From: Candidatus Puniceispirillaceae bacterium | Lineage (GTDB): Bacteria; Pseudomonadota; Alphaproteobacteria; Puniceispirillales; Puniceispirillaceae | Reading direction: 5' to 3' | Length of the DNA: 64,000 nucleotides | Assembly (NCBI GenBank): GCA_965657415.1 | Contig: CBFHNZ010000003.1 | Coordinates: forward strand, 7,621 to 71,620 | Shown: piece by piece, positions 48,961-57,958 of the stretch | How the letters are laid out: every line of letters begins with the position of its first letter | Numbering within the stretch: the first letter of the stretch is position 1 | Made by a program: the position numbers and the translations under genes | The notes under the pieces: generated by a model | What the model was told of the DNA's origin: nothing | The model's input: only the letters and a program-made list of their open reading frames with translations | Database searches by the model: none

Positions 48961-49001
48961 TGTTTTTCTGGCCAGTGTCTTTCTGGCCAGTGTCTTTCTG
49001 G
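48961..49001. repeat. 15-bp tandem repeat x2.7 (TGTCTTTCTGGCCAG) in the proX 5' leader
   Basis: Copies at 48961, 48976, 48991. Confidence 0.85.
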
Positions 49002-49295
49002 GCGTTTTTACACGCACAATCACCACAGCCTAATCGGATTCACCCTTGGAACGGAACCCACCTTCGTCACTTTTTATTCCGCACCACCCGTATTTGACCC
49101 TGAAAGGCGTTTTTTGCAGTGTTTCAGGGCAGATCGACGGCCATCATGCCAGCTGTTGTCAAAGCCCGCGGCAGGCTTTTAGAGTTATGGATGGGCGAAC
49201 CAAGATCGCTGGGCGGTTATTGCACGCAGGGTCGGTGCAAGGATTATCATTGCACGGATAGTCATTTTATCGGCGTTGCCCTGACAGGAGATGGA

Positions 49296-50543
49296 ATGAG
49301 ACTCAACGACCATGAACAGGCGATGCTGGCCGGTGAGATGGGCCCGGCCTGCCAATGGGCGATCGAGCATCAGATGCAGGTCGGCCGGATGTTCGACGCC
49401 GCCGACATGGTGCCGGTCAGCCAGGCGCATATGATGGCCGATCCGGAATCGCTTGGTGATGCCGGGGTTGACTTTGTCGAGAGGCTGGCCGCCGGAGGTG
49501 CCACCGTCGCGATCCCGATGATCACCGATCCGCGCGGCGTTGATCTCAGTCACTATCTGCCGCTGGGTCAGACCGAGGAGATGGCCGAACTTGAGCGCCG
49601 GTTCGTCGCCGCCTGCCGGGCCATGGGTATCATGATGACCGATACCTGTATCAACTACCAGACGATCATGCCGCCGCTGTTTGGCGATCATGTCGCCTAT
49701 GGTGATACCGGCGTGGTGATCTATTCGAATTCCGTCTGCGGTGCGCGCTCGAACTTCGAAGGCGGGCCATCGGCGCTTGCCGCCGGACTGACCGGCCGCA
49801 CGCCGCGCTATGGCCTGCATCTCGACCGGAACCGCCGCGCCACAGGGCGTTTTGTCGTTGAGAAACGACCGGCTGATCTGATGGAATGGGGGGTGCTTGG
49901 CGCCACCATCGGACGGATGGCAGGAAGCTATTGGGAGGTGCCGGTCATCGAGGGCATTGATGGCGCGCCGACCTCGGACGAGATCAAACATTTCGGTGCC
50001 GCCATGGCTAGCTGGGGGTCAACGCCGCTGTTCCATATGGTCGGCGTAACGCCGGAATGCCGCGACCTTGGTGATGTCGAGGCAACAGGGTTGGAGGCGC
50101 GGCGTGTCACGGCGGATGACCTGGACGACCTGGGCGCGCCCTTTGGTGCCGCTGGCGAGCCTGTGGATGTCGTAGTCTTCGCCGCCCCGCAGCTCAGCCT
50201 TGTCGAAATGGCGCAGGTCGCCGCGCTGTGCCGGGGCCGCCGCCGCGCCGACACAACGGACATGATTGTCTGTACCCCGGCGCAGGTCTATGGCGAAGCG
50301 CGCCAACTTGGTTATATCGAGGCGATCGAGAATTTTGGCGGCACCGTTCTGACCGGCACCTGTTTCTATCAGCAATATGCCCGCGAGATCGCCGAGGCGA
50401 ATGGCTGGTCACGGCTGCTCAGCAATTCGGCGAAGATCGTCAACATTCTTGGTGGTTATGGTTATCGCCCGGCGCTGGCCAGCATGGAGGACTGTGTTGC
50501 CTCGGCCGAGGCTGGCACGGTGATTGACAGGAGACCGGCATGA
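49296..50543 (+). CDS. Aconitase X catalytic (large) subunit, DUF521
   Basis: L...EQAMLAGEMG, TDTCINYQ, YSNSVCGARSNFEGGPSALAAGLTGRTP.YGLH, KHFGAAMAS.G..PLFHMVGVTPE, SNSAK; ATG after AGGAG. Confidence 0.88.
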   Translation: MRLNDHEQAMLAGEMGPACQWAIEHQMQVGRMFDAADMVPVSQAHMMADPESLGDAGVDFVERLAAGGATVAIPMITDPRGVDLSHYLPLGQTEEMAELERRFVAACRAMGIMMTDTCINYQTIMPPLFGDHVAYGDTGVVIYSNSVCGARSNFEGGPSALAAGLTGRTPRYGLHLDRNRRATGRFVVEKRPADLMEWGVLGATIGRMAGSYWEVPVIEGIDGAPTSDEIKHFGAAMASWGSTPLFHMVGVTPECRDLGDVEATGLEARRVTADDLDDLGAPFGAAGEPVDVVVFAAPQLSLVEMAQVAALCRGRRRADTTDMIVCTPAQVYGEARQLGYIEAIENFGGTVLTGTCFYQQYAREIAEANGWSRLLSNSAKIVNILGGYGYRPALASMEDCVASAEAGTVIDRRPA

Positions 50544-50983
50544 CAAAGAGGCTTGCCTGCCATGTCGGCATCGGACCCGTGGTGGAGGGGGTGGCGCTTG
50601 TCGCGGATGACAATTTTTCGGCCCGCTATGACCTCGACCGGGTCAATGGCGTGTTCTCGCGCCCCCAGCACAGGCTGTACGGGCAGAGTTACCGCGACGT
50701 GATTCTGGTTCTGAACACCGCCAAGGGCGGCGTCGCGACGGCCTGGATGCTGCATGAAATGGTATCGCGCGACATGGCGCCGACCGCGCTGTTGCTGAAT
50801 AACGCCAACACCATCCTGGCGCAGGGCGCCGCGCTGGCGAACATGGCGATGTGTGACAGGTTCGCCGATGGCGACGTGACCGAACTGATCAGAACGGGTG
50901 ACATTCTGACGGTCGATCCGGCGGCGGGCCTTGTCACCATCACGGGCCGGGCAGGACAGACTGAATCCACTGTTCACGAGTGA
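50540..50983 (+). CDS. Aconitase X swivel (small) subunit, DUF126
   Basis: VEGVALV..D.FS..YD.D..G, H.LYGQS, AKGG, GDILTVD; ATGA overlap with large subunit. Confidence 0.85.
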   Translation: MTKRLACHVGIGPVVEGVALVADDNFSARYDLDRVNGVFSRPQHRLYGQSYRDVILVLNTAKGGVATAWMLHEMVSRDMAPTALLLNNANTILAQGAALANMAMCDRFADGDVTELIRTGDILTVDPAAGLVTITGRAGQTESTVHE

Positions 50984-51240
50984 TTATTTGGCATTAGCCT
51001 CGCATCATGAAGATGAACCCGCAGTATTATCCGTTTCAGGTTGTCGCGCATCGACCGGCCTTTCTTGCCGGCAGTGGCGATCATGCTGGTAAGGGCGCGT
51101 TGCCACCGCGGCGCAGATCTACGAAATTGATCTTGGCCGTGATGACAGCCTGCCGATCACCTCATCCTGTTTCTGTCGCCAGCCTGCCGGTCGCTGCAGG
51201 CCATGAATTGGCAATCATGATGGCTGATACAATGAATGCC

Positions 51241-51310
51241 TGTCAGGATACAGGTGTGTCAGGATACAGGTGTGTCAGGATACAGGTGTGTCAGGATACA
51301 GGTGTGTCAG
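51241..51310. repeat. Perfect 16-bp tandem repeat x4.4 (TGTCAGGATACAGGTG)
   Basis: Identical copies at 51241, 51257, 51273, 51289, partial at 51305; no spacers. Confidence 0.95.
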
Positions 51311-51346
51311 AATGAGGCGTGATGAGGGACGGTCAGGAGGAAGACC

Positions 51347-52336
51347 ATGGGCAAGACAGCATCGATGGAGGATTTGTTCGAGGATGGAACGGCTGACGGG
51401 TGGCTGAACCTGCCGCGTGCCGGGATTGATTCACTGACCGAGGTGGATATCGGCGTTATCGGCATTGGATCGGCGACACCCTATCCGGTCGGGTCCCTTT
51501 GCCATGACGCACCGGATGCCATCCGCGGTGCGCGAAGCTGGCCGACAATCCTTGATCAGCATGATTTCGATCTGTTCGATGCTGTGCCATCGGCCGGTGT
51601 GATCCCGGATGGGGTGCGCGCCGCTGATCTTGGCAATCTGGATGTTGCCGCCGACGCCGCGCCCGACATCGCCGCCGAGAATCGCCGCCGCATTCGCCTG
51701 GCTATCACGGCCATGCTGGAGGCTGGCGCCGTGCCGTTCGTGCTTGGCGGTGATGATTCGGTGCCAATTCCAGTGCTGAATGCTTATGGCGAATTCGCGG
51801 ATGGGCCGATCTCGATCCTGCAGATCGACGCGCATATCGACTGGCGGGATGAGGTTGGCGGTGAGAAGCAGGGCCTGTCCAGCAACATGCGTCGCGCCAG
51901 TGAGATGGCGCATGTCGGCAGCATTGTCCAGCTGGCGGCGCGCGGCATCGGGTCGGCACGCAAGCAGGAGGTCGAGGCGGCGCTGGATTACGGTGTTGCA
52001 TTTCACAGCATGCGCCGGCTGCGCGAGGCCGGTGGCATCGACCGCGCCATTGCCGATCTTCCCGAAGGCGTGCCTGTCTATGTCGCGCTCGATGTTGACA
52101 GCCTCGACCCGACATTGATGCCGGCTGTCATCGGGGCGGCGCAGGGCGGACTCGATTATTGGCAGATGATGGAAATTTTTGAGGCCATAGCGGCGCGGGC
52201 GCCGATCTGCGGCTTCAATATGGTCGAGCTGATGCCGGCACGCGATGTCAACGGGCAGGGGGCGCTGATGGCGTCACGTCTCGGCCTGTCGATGCTGGGG
52301 CTGATGGCCCGGCAGATGGCGTCGAACTCCGCCTGA
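51347..52336 (+). CDS. Ureohydrolase (arginase/agmatinase family)
   Basis: APDAIR, DLGN, LGGDDS, IDAHIDW, LDVDSLDP, VELMP. Confidence 0.88.
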   Translation: MGKTASMEDLFEDGTADGWLNLPRAGIDSLTEVDIGVIGIGSATPYPVGSLCHDAPDAIRGARSWPTILDQHDFDLFDAVPSAGVIPDGVRAADLGNLDVAADAAPDIAAENRRRIRLAITAMLEAGAVPFVLGGDDSVPIPVLNAYGEFADGPISILQIDAHIDWRDEVGGEKQGLSSNMRRASEMAHVGSIVQLAARGIGSARKQEVEAALDYGVAFHSMRRLREAGGIDRAIADLPEGVPVYVALDVDSLDPTLMPAVIGAAQGGLDYWQMMEIFEAIAARAPICGFNMVELMPARDVNGQGALMASRLGLSMLGLMARQMASNSA

Positions 52337-52352
52337 GATTGAGGGACATGAC

Positions 52353-53222
52353 ATGACACAGACCCCCCTTAACATCCCTGAGGACGCCGCCGCGCGCCGC
52401 GCCGTTGAACCTGTCATCTGCTATCCGAATGACAGCCTTCCCCCACCTGATCTGGGGCTGTACCGCGCCGCCCGCGCGGGTGCGCGCAAGACGGGTGAGG
52501 TGCGGGTGCCGCCGCGTGATGCCGCGTGCTTTGCCGTGCCGGCTGGCGGGTTCTTCCGCATCAGTTCGGTCGAGGGGCCGCAGGTCGGTGATCTCAATCT
52601 GTGGCATGCCGGTAATCTCGACGAGACGTTCTTTTCCGGCAAGACCCGTGCCATTCATGGCACGCATGTGACCACCGGCGAGCGGCTGTGGTCCTGCCTG
52701 CCCTTCCTGCGGCCGATGGCGACAATTACCGAGGACACGCTGAACTGGTACGGAATCGATGCGTTCGGTGGTTCCGTGCATGATGTCATCGGCACACGGT
52801 GCGACCCCTATACGCATCATCTGCTGTCGGGCGATCACTATCATTATTGTTGTCATTCGAACCTGTCGCGGGCGCTGGCACAGCATACCGGACGGCCCCT
52901 CGAGGAGATCGAGATGCAGGTCCATGATGTGATGAATGTATTCATGTGTACCGGGTTTACGCGCGACACCGGCCAGTATTTCATGAAGGCAAGTCCGGTC
53001 CGCCCCGGTGATTACATCGAATTTTTTGCCGAGATAGACCTGACCGGGGCGCTCTCGGCCTGTCCTGGCGGTGATTGCTCGACAACGCATTCAAGCGACG
53101 TTGCCAGCTGTCATCCGCTGCTGGTCGAGATCTTCACACCGGCGGAGGGTGCGCTTGCCGGCTGGCAGCCGGCAGCGGTGAATACCTATAATCGCGATCA
53201 TGGCCGCGATCATGGCCGCTAG
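52353..53222 (+). CDS. DUF1989 (urea carboxylase-associated) family protein
   Basis: EGPQVGDLNLW, HDVIGTRCDPY, CCHSNL, DVMNVFMCTGF, SACPGGDC. Confidence 0.87.
   Translation: MTQTPLNIPEDAAARRAVEPVICYPNDSLPPPDLGLYRAARAGARKTGEVRVPPRDAACFAVPAGGFFRISSVEGPQVGDLNLWHAGNLDETFFSGKTRAIHGTHVTTGERLWSCLPFLRPMATITEDTLNWYGIDAFGGSVHDVIGTRCDPYTHHLLSGDHYHYCCHSNLSRALAQHTGRPLEEIEMQVHDVMNVFMCTGFTRDTGQYFMKASPVRPGDYIEFFAEIDLTGALSACPGGDCSTTHSSDVASCHPLLVEIFTPAEGALAGWQPAAVNTYNRDHGRDHGR
53193..53219. repeat. 12-bp tandem duplication at DUF1989 C-terminus (RDHG x2)
   Basis: CGCGATCATGGC at 53193 and 53205. Confidence 0.85.
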
Positions 53223-53233
53223 GTGAAGTTCGG

Positions 53234-55609
53234 TCAGGCGGTTGCCGGGCGGCGCATCGCGTGGAAGGCGATCACCCCGCCGGCAGCAAGGGCCGCGCTG
53301 ACATAGATAAACTCATGGCGCATCATCAACAGCACCGCGAGCCCCAACCTGATGCCGACCTCGGCAAGGCTAAGCTGCCGACGATCAAATTGGGACAGCG
53401 CACTGGAGACAAGATAGAGCGCCAGCACCAGACGCGCCAGCACCAGCGCGAGGCCCGGCAGGTCGATCGTGCCGTCATAGCCGGCAAGATAAACAATACC
53501 GCCTGAGGCCGATGCGGCGGCGTCGATCACCGCGTCATCAATCAGCAGGATCTCCGGGTAGAGTGCGAAGACAAACGGGATCACGAACATCACGATACCC
53601 GATTTCACGGCCGAGAACCCTGTCGCCATGGGCTCGGCCTTGGTGATGCTGGCGGCGGCAAAGGCGGCAAGCGCCACGGGCGGCGTGATGGCGCTGGCGA
53701 CGGCAAAGTAGAAAATGAACATATGCGCCGTGAAGACCGAAATCCCGAGACCGGCCAGAACCGGCCCCAGCAGCAGGGCAACATTGATATAGGCTGGAAC
53801 AGCCGGCATCCCCATGCCAAGCAGGATCGCCATCAGCATGGTCAGCATAAGGGCGATCAACTGGAAGAGCGTCGAGCCGCCCCGGCCAAGTTCGAGCGCC
53901 TGCAGCCACCCCAGCACGTCAAGCGAGATGAAGGTCGGCAGGCCGGTGAACTGAAGGCAGAAGTCAATGATCGAGACGGCCAGGAACATCAGATAGAGGG
54001 TCGAGATCAGAATGCCGGCATTCGACAGCGCGTCGATCACCTTCATCGGCCGCGCCCGGACTTCGGGGTCGACGAACAACAACCCGAGAAGCAGTATCAC
54101 GGCGTACCAGCCGGCGCTACCGGCGTCGCCTGCGGCGTTGCGGATCAATTCCTGAATCCAGGAATAGCTTGTCACCTGGCAACCGGCCTCTGTGATGATC
54201 CTCTCAGTACCCATCATCGCGCCAAACATGCCGCAGCCGATGGCTTCCTTCTTGGTCAGCAGCAACAGCAGGATCAGCAGGATCGGGCCGAAGATCATCA
54301 CAAGGTTCAGGATGTCCTGCCGGTCGAGTCGCATGTCATCGGTCATCTGGCCGATGGCCTGAATATTCTGCTTCCGCGACTGGAAGATCACCGACAGGAA
54401 CAGGCAGAAGAAATAGGCCAGTGCCGGTATTGCCGCCGCGATGATGACATCGGAATAGGGAACGCCGGTCAGCGAGGCGAGAACAAAGGCGGCAACCCCC
54501 ATCACCGGCGGCATGACCGAACCGCCCGACGAGGCGGCGGCCTCGACCCCGCCGGCAAAAACCTTGGAAAAGCCGCGCTTCAGCATCATGGGGATGGTCA
54601 GCACGCCGGTCGACAGAACATTGACAATCGGGCCACCGGAAATGGTGCCGAACATCGCCGAGGATACGACTGCGGCATGCGCCGGCCCGCCCCGCAAATG
54701 GCGCGTCCAGCGGAAAGCAAGCTTGATCAGCGAGCGCCCACCGGCCGAGCTGCCGAACAGCGAGCCGAGAACAAGATAGGGGAAGATGGTGTTCAGGATA
54801 ATGTCCATGAACCTGCCAAGCAGGCCCGAGGAATTGTTCACCAGAATGTCATGGACGCGGGGCCGGCCGTCGGCCAGCATGCGCGGCTCGCCGGCCAGCT
54901 TGGTCATCAGATATTTGTTGATGTCATCAGGGCCGTGGAAATACCAGACAAGAACGGTGATGATGGTGTAGGCCGCGATCATGATCGCCACCAGAACAAG
55001 CGGCAACCCCCAGACCTTGATGTTGTAGGACAGGAACACGACAATCGCGAGGCCGACAATCAAGACCAGCCAGCCGCCGGTATTGTTGACGCATTTCGGG
55101 TCGTCGATGGTGGTTGGCGGCTCCATCCCCAGAAGCTCGGCAAGCTCACGCTCGGCCTGCAGGCTTTCGGCGATCAGGCGCGCCCGGTCGCCGGTAATCT
55201 GGTCGATCAGGCAGATCGCCTCGATCTCGACGAAATAGGTAATCGAGATGGTCGCCGCCATCAGCACCAGCGCCAGATCCATGAACAGGCCGAAGCGACG
55301 TCGCCAGACCGAGGCATCGGCCCAGCTTCGCCACATCGAATGTTTGAGCGCGACGATCAGCATCATCAGCGCGAAAAAGGCCGGATAAAACCATTCAAAG
55401 GGAAACTTGCGGAAGGTCAGCCCCTGCACGCCGGTCAATGAGGCGGCAAGGTCGTCATAGCCGGGAATCCCCGGTGTCATGTTGATCAGTCCGAAGATGA
55501 CCATCGCCACCGTCAGCCAATAGACAAGCTTCATGCCAAAATCCTGTTCTGCAGGATTTTGCCTCACTGGATTTTGCCTCACTGGCGATTCCGGACGGGT
55601 ATTGGTCAT
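53234..55609 (-). CDS. TRAP transporter fused permease (TAXI-type 4TM/12TM)
   Basis: RGGPAHAAVVSSAMFGTISG, EAAASSGGSVMPPVMG, GMGMP, SAITPPVALAAFAAA. Confidence 0.9.
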   Translation of the reverse strand: MTNTRPESPVRQNPVRQNPAEQDFGMKLVYWLTVAMVIFGLINMTPGIPGYDDLAASLTGVQGLTFRKFPFEWFYPAFFALMMLIVALKHSMWRSWADASVWRRRFGLFMDLALVLMAATISITYFVEIEAICLIDQITGDRARLIAESLQAERELAELLGMEPPTTIDDPKCVNNTGGWLVLIVGLAIVVFLSYNIKVWGLPLVLVAIMIAAYTIITVLVWYFHGPDDINKYLMTKLAGEPRMLADGRPRVHDILVNNSSGLLGRFMDIILNTIFPYLVLGSLFGSSAGGRSLIKLAFRWTRHLRGGPAHAAVVSSAMFGTISGGPIVNVLSTGVLTIPMMLKRGFSKVFAGGVEAAASSGGSVMPPVMGVAAFVLASLTGVPYSDVIIAAAIPALAYFFCLFLSVIFQSRKQNIQAIGQMTDDMRLDRQDILNLVMIFGPILLILLLLLTKKEAIGCGMFGAMMGTERIITEAGCQVTSYSWIQELIRNAAGDAGSAGWYAVILLLGLLFVDPEVRARPMKVIDALSNAGILISTLYLMFLAVSIIDFCLQFTGLPTFISLDVLGWLQALELGRGGSTLFQLIALMLTMLMAILLGMGMPAVPAYINVALLLGPVLAGLGISVFTAHMFIFYFAVASAITPPVALAAFAAASITKAEPMATGFSAVKSGIVMFVIPFVFALYPEILLIDDAVIDAAASASGGIVYLAGYDGTIDLPGLALVLARLVLALYLVSSALSQFDRRQLSLAEVGIRLGLAVLLMMRHEFIYVSAALAAGGVIAFHAMRRPATA
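55554..55585. repeat. 15-bp tandem duplication near TRAP permease N-terminus (PVRQN x2)
   Basis: GGATTTTGCCTCACT at 55554 and 55569. Confidence 0.85.
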
Positions 55610-55637
55610 GCGCGGGTGCCCTGCAAACTAAGGAAAG

Positions 55638-55661
55638 GGCGTCGGCAGCCCTGCCGACGCC
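55638..55661 (-). terminator. Intercistronic hairpin after TAXI binding-protein gene
   Basis: 10-bp stem GGCGTCGGCA/TGCCGACGCC, followed on minus strand by CTTTCCTT. Confidence 0.65.
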
Positions 55662-55677
55662 GCTATATTATGGCAGC

Positions 55678-56724
55678 TTATTTGGCGCAGGCCGGGATGC
55701 TGTGACCGGCTTCCTCCCAGGCCGCGACGGCGCCGGGATGGTACTTCAGCGGGTTCAGGCCGCACATGTCGGTCAGGGCGATATCGGTCTCGCCATGCCA
55801 TGAGTTCGGCATGAACGGGGCCTTTGCGTGATAGACATCCTTGAGGCCGTCAAGAAACGCCTTGGTCAGCGCCTTGGCGGTGTCGAAATCCATCGAGCTG
55901 TTGACAAGCTCGCCGCCAACCGTGCCCGGGCAGCGGAAGTTATCATCCTCGGACACCACCGAAACGCCGCTCTTCCATCCCATATCGGAGATTGGCAGGG
56001 TCACGGCGACGGTGCCGGGACGCTTGGTGAACTTGCCAAAGGATTCTCCCTCGAAGCTATCCTTCGGCATCGACCACATGGTCATGTCACCGGACGCCAT
56101 GGCGGCCGTCATCCGGCCATCGGGGAAGCTGACAGGCAGAACAAAGGCATCTGCAGAGCCATCCTGGATGGTCTTCACCGCCTGGCCCCAGTTCACCTGG
56201 ATGCCGGTATAATCCTTCTTGTCCTCAAGGCCGGTCACCAGACGCACAAGATCGCGGGCGTTGGTCAGCGCCGCGCCGCGCGGCGGGCCGTTGAAGATGC
56301 GCGCGTCCTTGATGCCGTCATAGCCCGGGAAATTACTGCTGTCATAGGCATAGAGAGCCTGGCAGGCGATCCGATAGGTGTAGAGAACCCGCAGCTTGCC
56401 GGTCAGCTCGGCACCCTTTTCCTTGCCAACCTTGGCATAGGGGCCGACAGCGCGCGACATCAGGAAGGGCAGCACAAACGGCGCTGCGGCGATATCGGAC
56501 TTGCCTTCGGCAACGTTCTGCACGGAATTGGTCAGTGTCTGGCCGGTGGTGACCTGAATGTCGGCCACATTGTATTTGGCGGCAACCTCGGAAAGCGAGA
56601 TGACCGACACGCCCGGGGCGCTGTTCGGTGATGCTGTTTCGGCGGTCAGGTTGACCTGAGCCTGTGCCGACATGGCGAGGCCGATGATGGCGGCAGCGCC
56701 GGTAACTGCAAAAAACTTCGACAT
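55678..56724 (-). CDS. TAXI-family TRAP solute-binding protein
   Basis: Signal peptide; GQTLTNSVQNVAEGKSD, KYHPGAVAAWEEAG; upstream of fused TRAP permease; RBS GGGAGG. Confidence 0.82.
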   Translation of the reverse strand: MSKFFAVTGAAAIIGLAMSAQAQVNLTAETASPNSAPGVSVISLSEVAAKYNVADIQVTTGQTLTNSVQNVAEGKSDIAAAPFVLPFLMSRAVGPYAKVGKEKGAELTGKLRVLYTYRIACQALYAYDSSNFPGYDGIKDARIFNGPPRGAALTNARDLVRLVTGLEDKKDYTGIQVNWGQAVKTIQDGSADAFVLPVSFPDGRMTAAMASGDMTMWSMPKDSFEGESFGKFTKRPGTVAVTLPISDMGWKSGVSVVSEDDNFRCPGTVGGELVNSSMDFDTAKALTKAFLDGLKDVYHAKAPFMPNSWHGETDIALTDMCGLNPLKYHPGAVAAWEEAGHSIPACAK

Positions 56725-56848
56725 GAATTCCTCCCTGAAGTGCCCGGTTGTTTCCGGGCGTTCTGTAATGACCTGCCTGTTCACAGCAGGCATTTGCAGA
56801 GTTCATGTTGGCTGGTGATGCGGCGTTAGGCAAGCACGCATTGACAGC

Positions 56849-57718
56849 CTAGCCTAACGGCACCAACCGCAGGTCGAACTCGGCCAGCAGGAACGGTTCT
56901 GTCACCGCGCCACTCAGTGCATAGCCGTCGGGAAAGGATTCGGGTGGGTGTGGTTCATATTTCATCACCAGATCGCCGCGCACGCCGAACACCGTATCCT
57001 GATCAAGATAGGGGTCGTCATCGGGAAAGATTTCCGTCACCAGCGGCCGGAATCCCGGTGCCTTGACGATGTAATGAAGATGTGACGGCCGCCAGGGGTG
57101 GCGGCCGGTGGCGCGCAGGATATCGCCGACAGGCCCGTCGGTCGGGACGGTATAGCTGACAGGCTTCACCGTGGTGAAACCATAGCGCCCGTCCGGGCCG
57201 GTGGTCTGGATGCCGTGGAAGGAATAGGTATCCTGTTCCTCATCCTGGCTTGAATAGAGGCCGTTTGGCGCGGTCTGCCAGATATCAATCTCCGCCCCCT
57301 CGATCGGGGTGCCGGCGGTATCGGTGACGGTGCCGCAGGCCAGCAGCACCTCGCCGTCATAATGGCGCTTCATGTCGCCGCCAAGGGCCAGCGGTGGCGA
57401 GCCGGAAACATGGAACGGCCCCAGCACGCTGGAGGAGGTGCCGGCGGTGCTGGAATGCAGCATGTCGACAAGCGAGGACAGCCCCAGAACGTCTGACAGC
57501 AGCACGAATTCATGACGCGTCTCGTCGGAAATCCGGCCAGCCGCCTCAAGGAATTCGATCCCCTGTTGCCATTCGCCATGGGTCAGGTTCACGTCCCGTG
57601 CAAAGGCGTGGAGATGCGTCGCAAGGCTCTGCATGATCTCACGCATGCGCGGGTCGGTATCGGCCCCGAAATACCCCATGAAGACATCGGTGATGTTGTC
57701 GGCGGTAACATTGCGCAT
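56849..57718 (-). CDS. Intradiol ring-cleavage dioxygenase (hydroxyquinol/catechol 1,2-dioxygenase-like)
   Basis: EFVLLSDVLGLSSLVD, VLGPFH, WQT..NGLYS, SYTVPTDGPVG, WRPSHLH, YLDQDTVFGV (Tyr/Tyr/His/His iron ligands). Confidence 0.9.
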   Translation of the reverse strand: MRNVTADNITDVFMGYFGADTDPRMREIMQSLATHLHAFARDVNLTHGEWQQGIEFLEAAGRISDETRHEFVLLSDVLGLSSLVDMLHSSTAGTSSSVLGPFHVSGSPPLALGGDMKRHYDGEVLLACGTVTDTAGTPIEGAEIDIWQTAPNGLYSSQDEEQDTYSFHGIQTTGPDGRYGFTTVKPVSYTVPTDGPVGDILRATGRHPWRPSHLHYIVKAPGFRPLVTEIFPDDDPYLDQDTVFGVRGDLVMKYEPHPPESFPDGYALSGAVTEPFLLAEFDLRLVPLG

Positions 57719-57748
57719 TGTGAAACTCCCTAATAAATTCCCACGGAG

Positions 57749-57779
57749 AATCCTCATGGATAATCCTCATGAATAATCC
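57749..57779. repeat. 13-bp tandem repeat x2.4 (AATCCTCATGG/AAT)
   Basis: Copies at 57749, 57762, partial at 57775, upstream of the dioxygenase. Confidence 0.8.
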
Positions 57780-57958
57780 GCGTGGCCGCGTTGCCGGTCT
57801 GCGCTGGCATCATGGATCAAGATTAGGCCAACCTCGTTGATTTCGGCCAGAACAAAATCTGGTGCCTGCTGTTGAGAGAGGACTGTCGATGACCTTGGTC
57901 TATTGCTGGCATGGGGTGAGACCGTTACAGTCGGCACTTTGCAATGCGGGGCGATGTC

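Noticed and set aside
51241-51310. CRISPR array
   Set aside because: Repeats are 16 bp, contiguous and spacer-free; no cas genes in the window
51007-51315. 102-aa ORF between AcnX and ureohydrolase
   Set aside because: No RBS or motif, and it reads through the 16-bp repeat in shifting frames; probably spurious
50984-51346. Guanidine riboswitch upstream of ureohydrolase/DUF1989
   Set aside because: No ykkC-type conserved tail or twin ACGR-loop hairpins found by eye; an Infernal scan would settle it
53723-55441. 572-aa plus-strand ORF
   Set aside because: Antisense shadow of the TRAP permease; Q/H/R/D-rich composition mirrors hydrophobic codons
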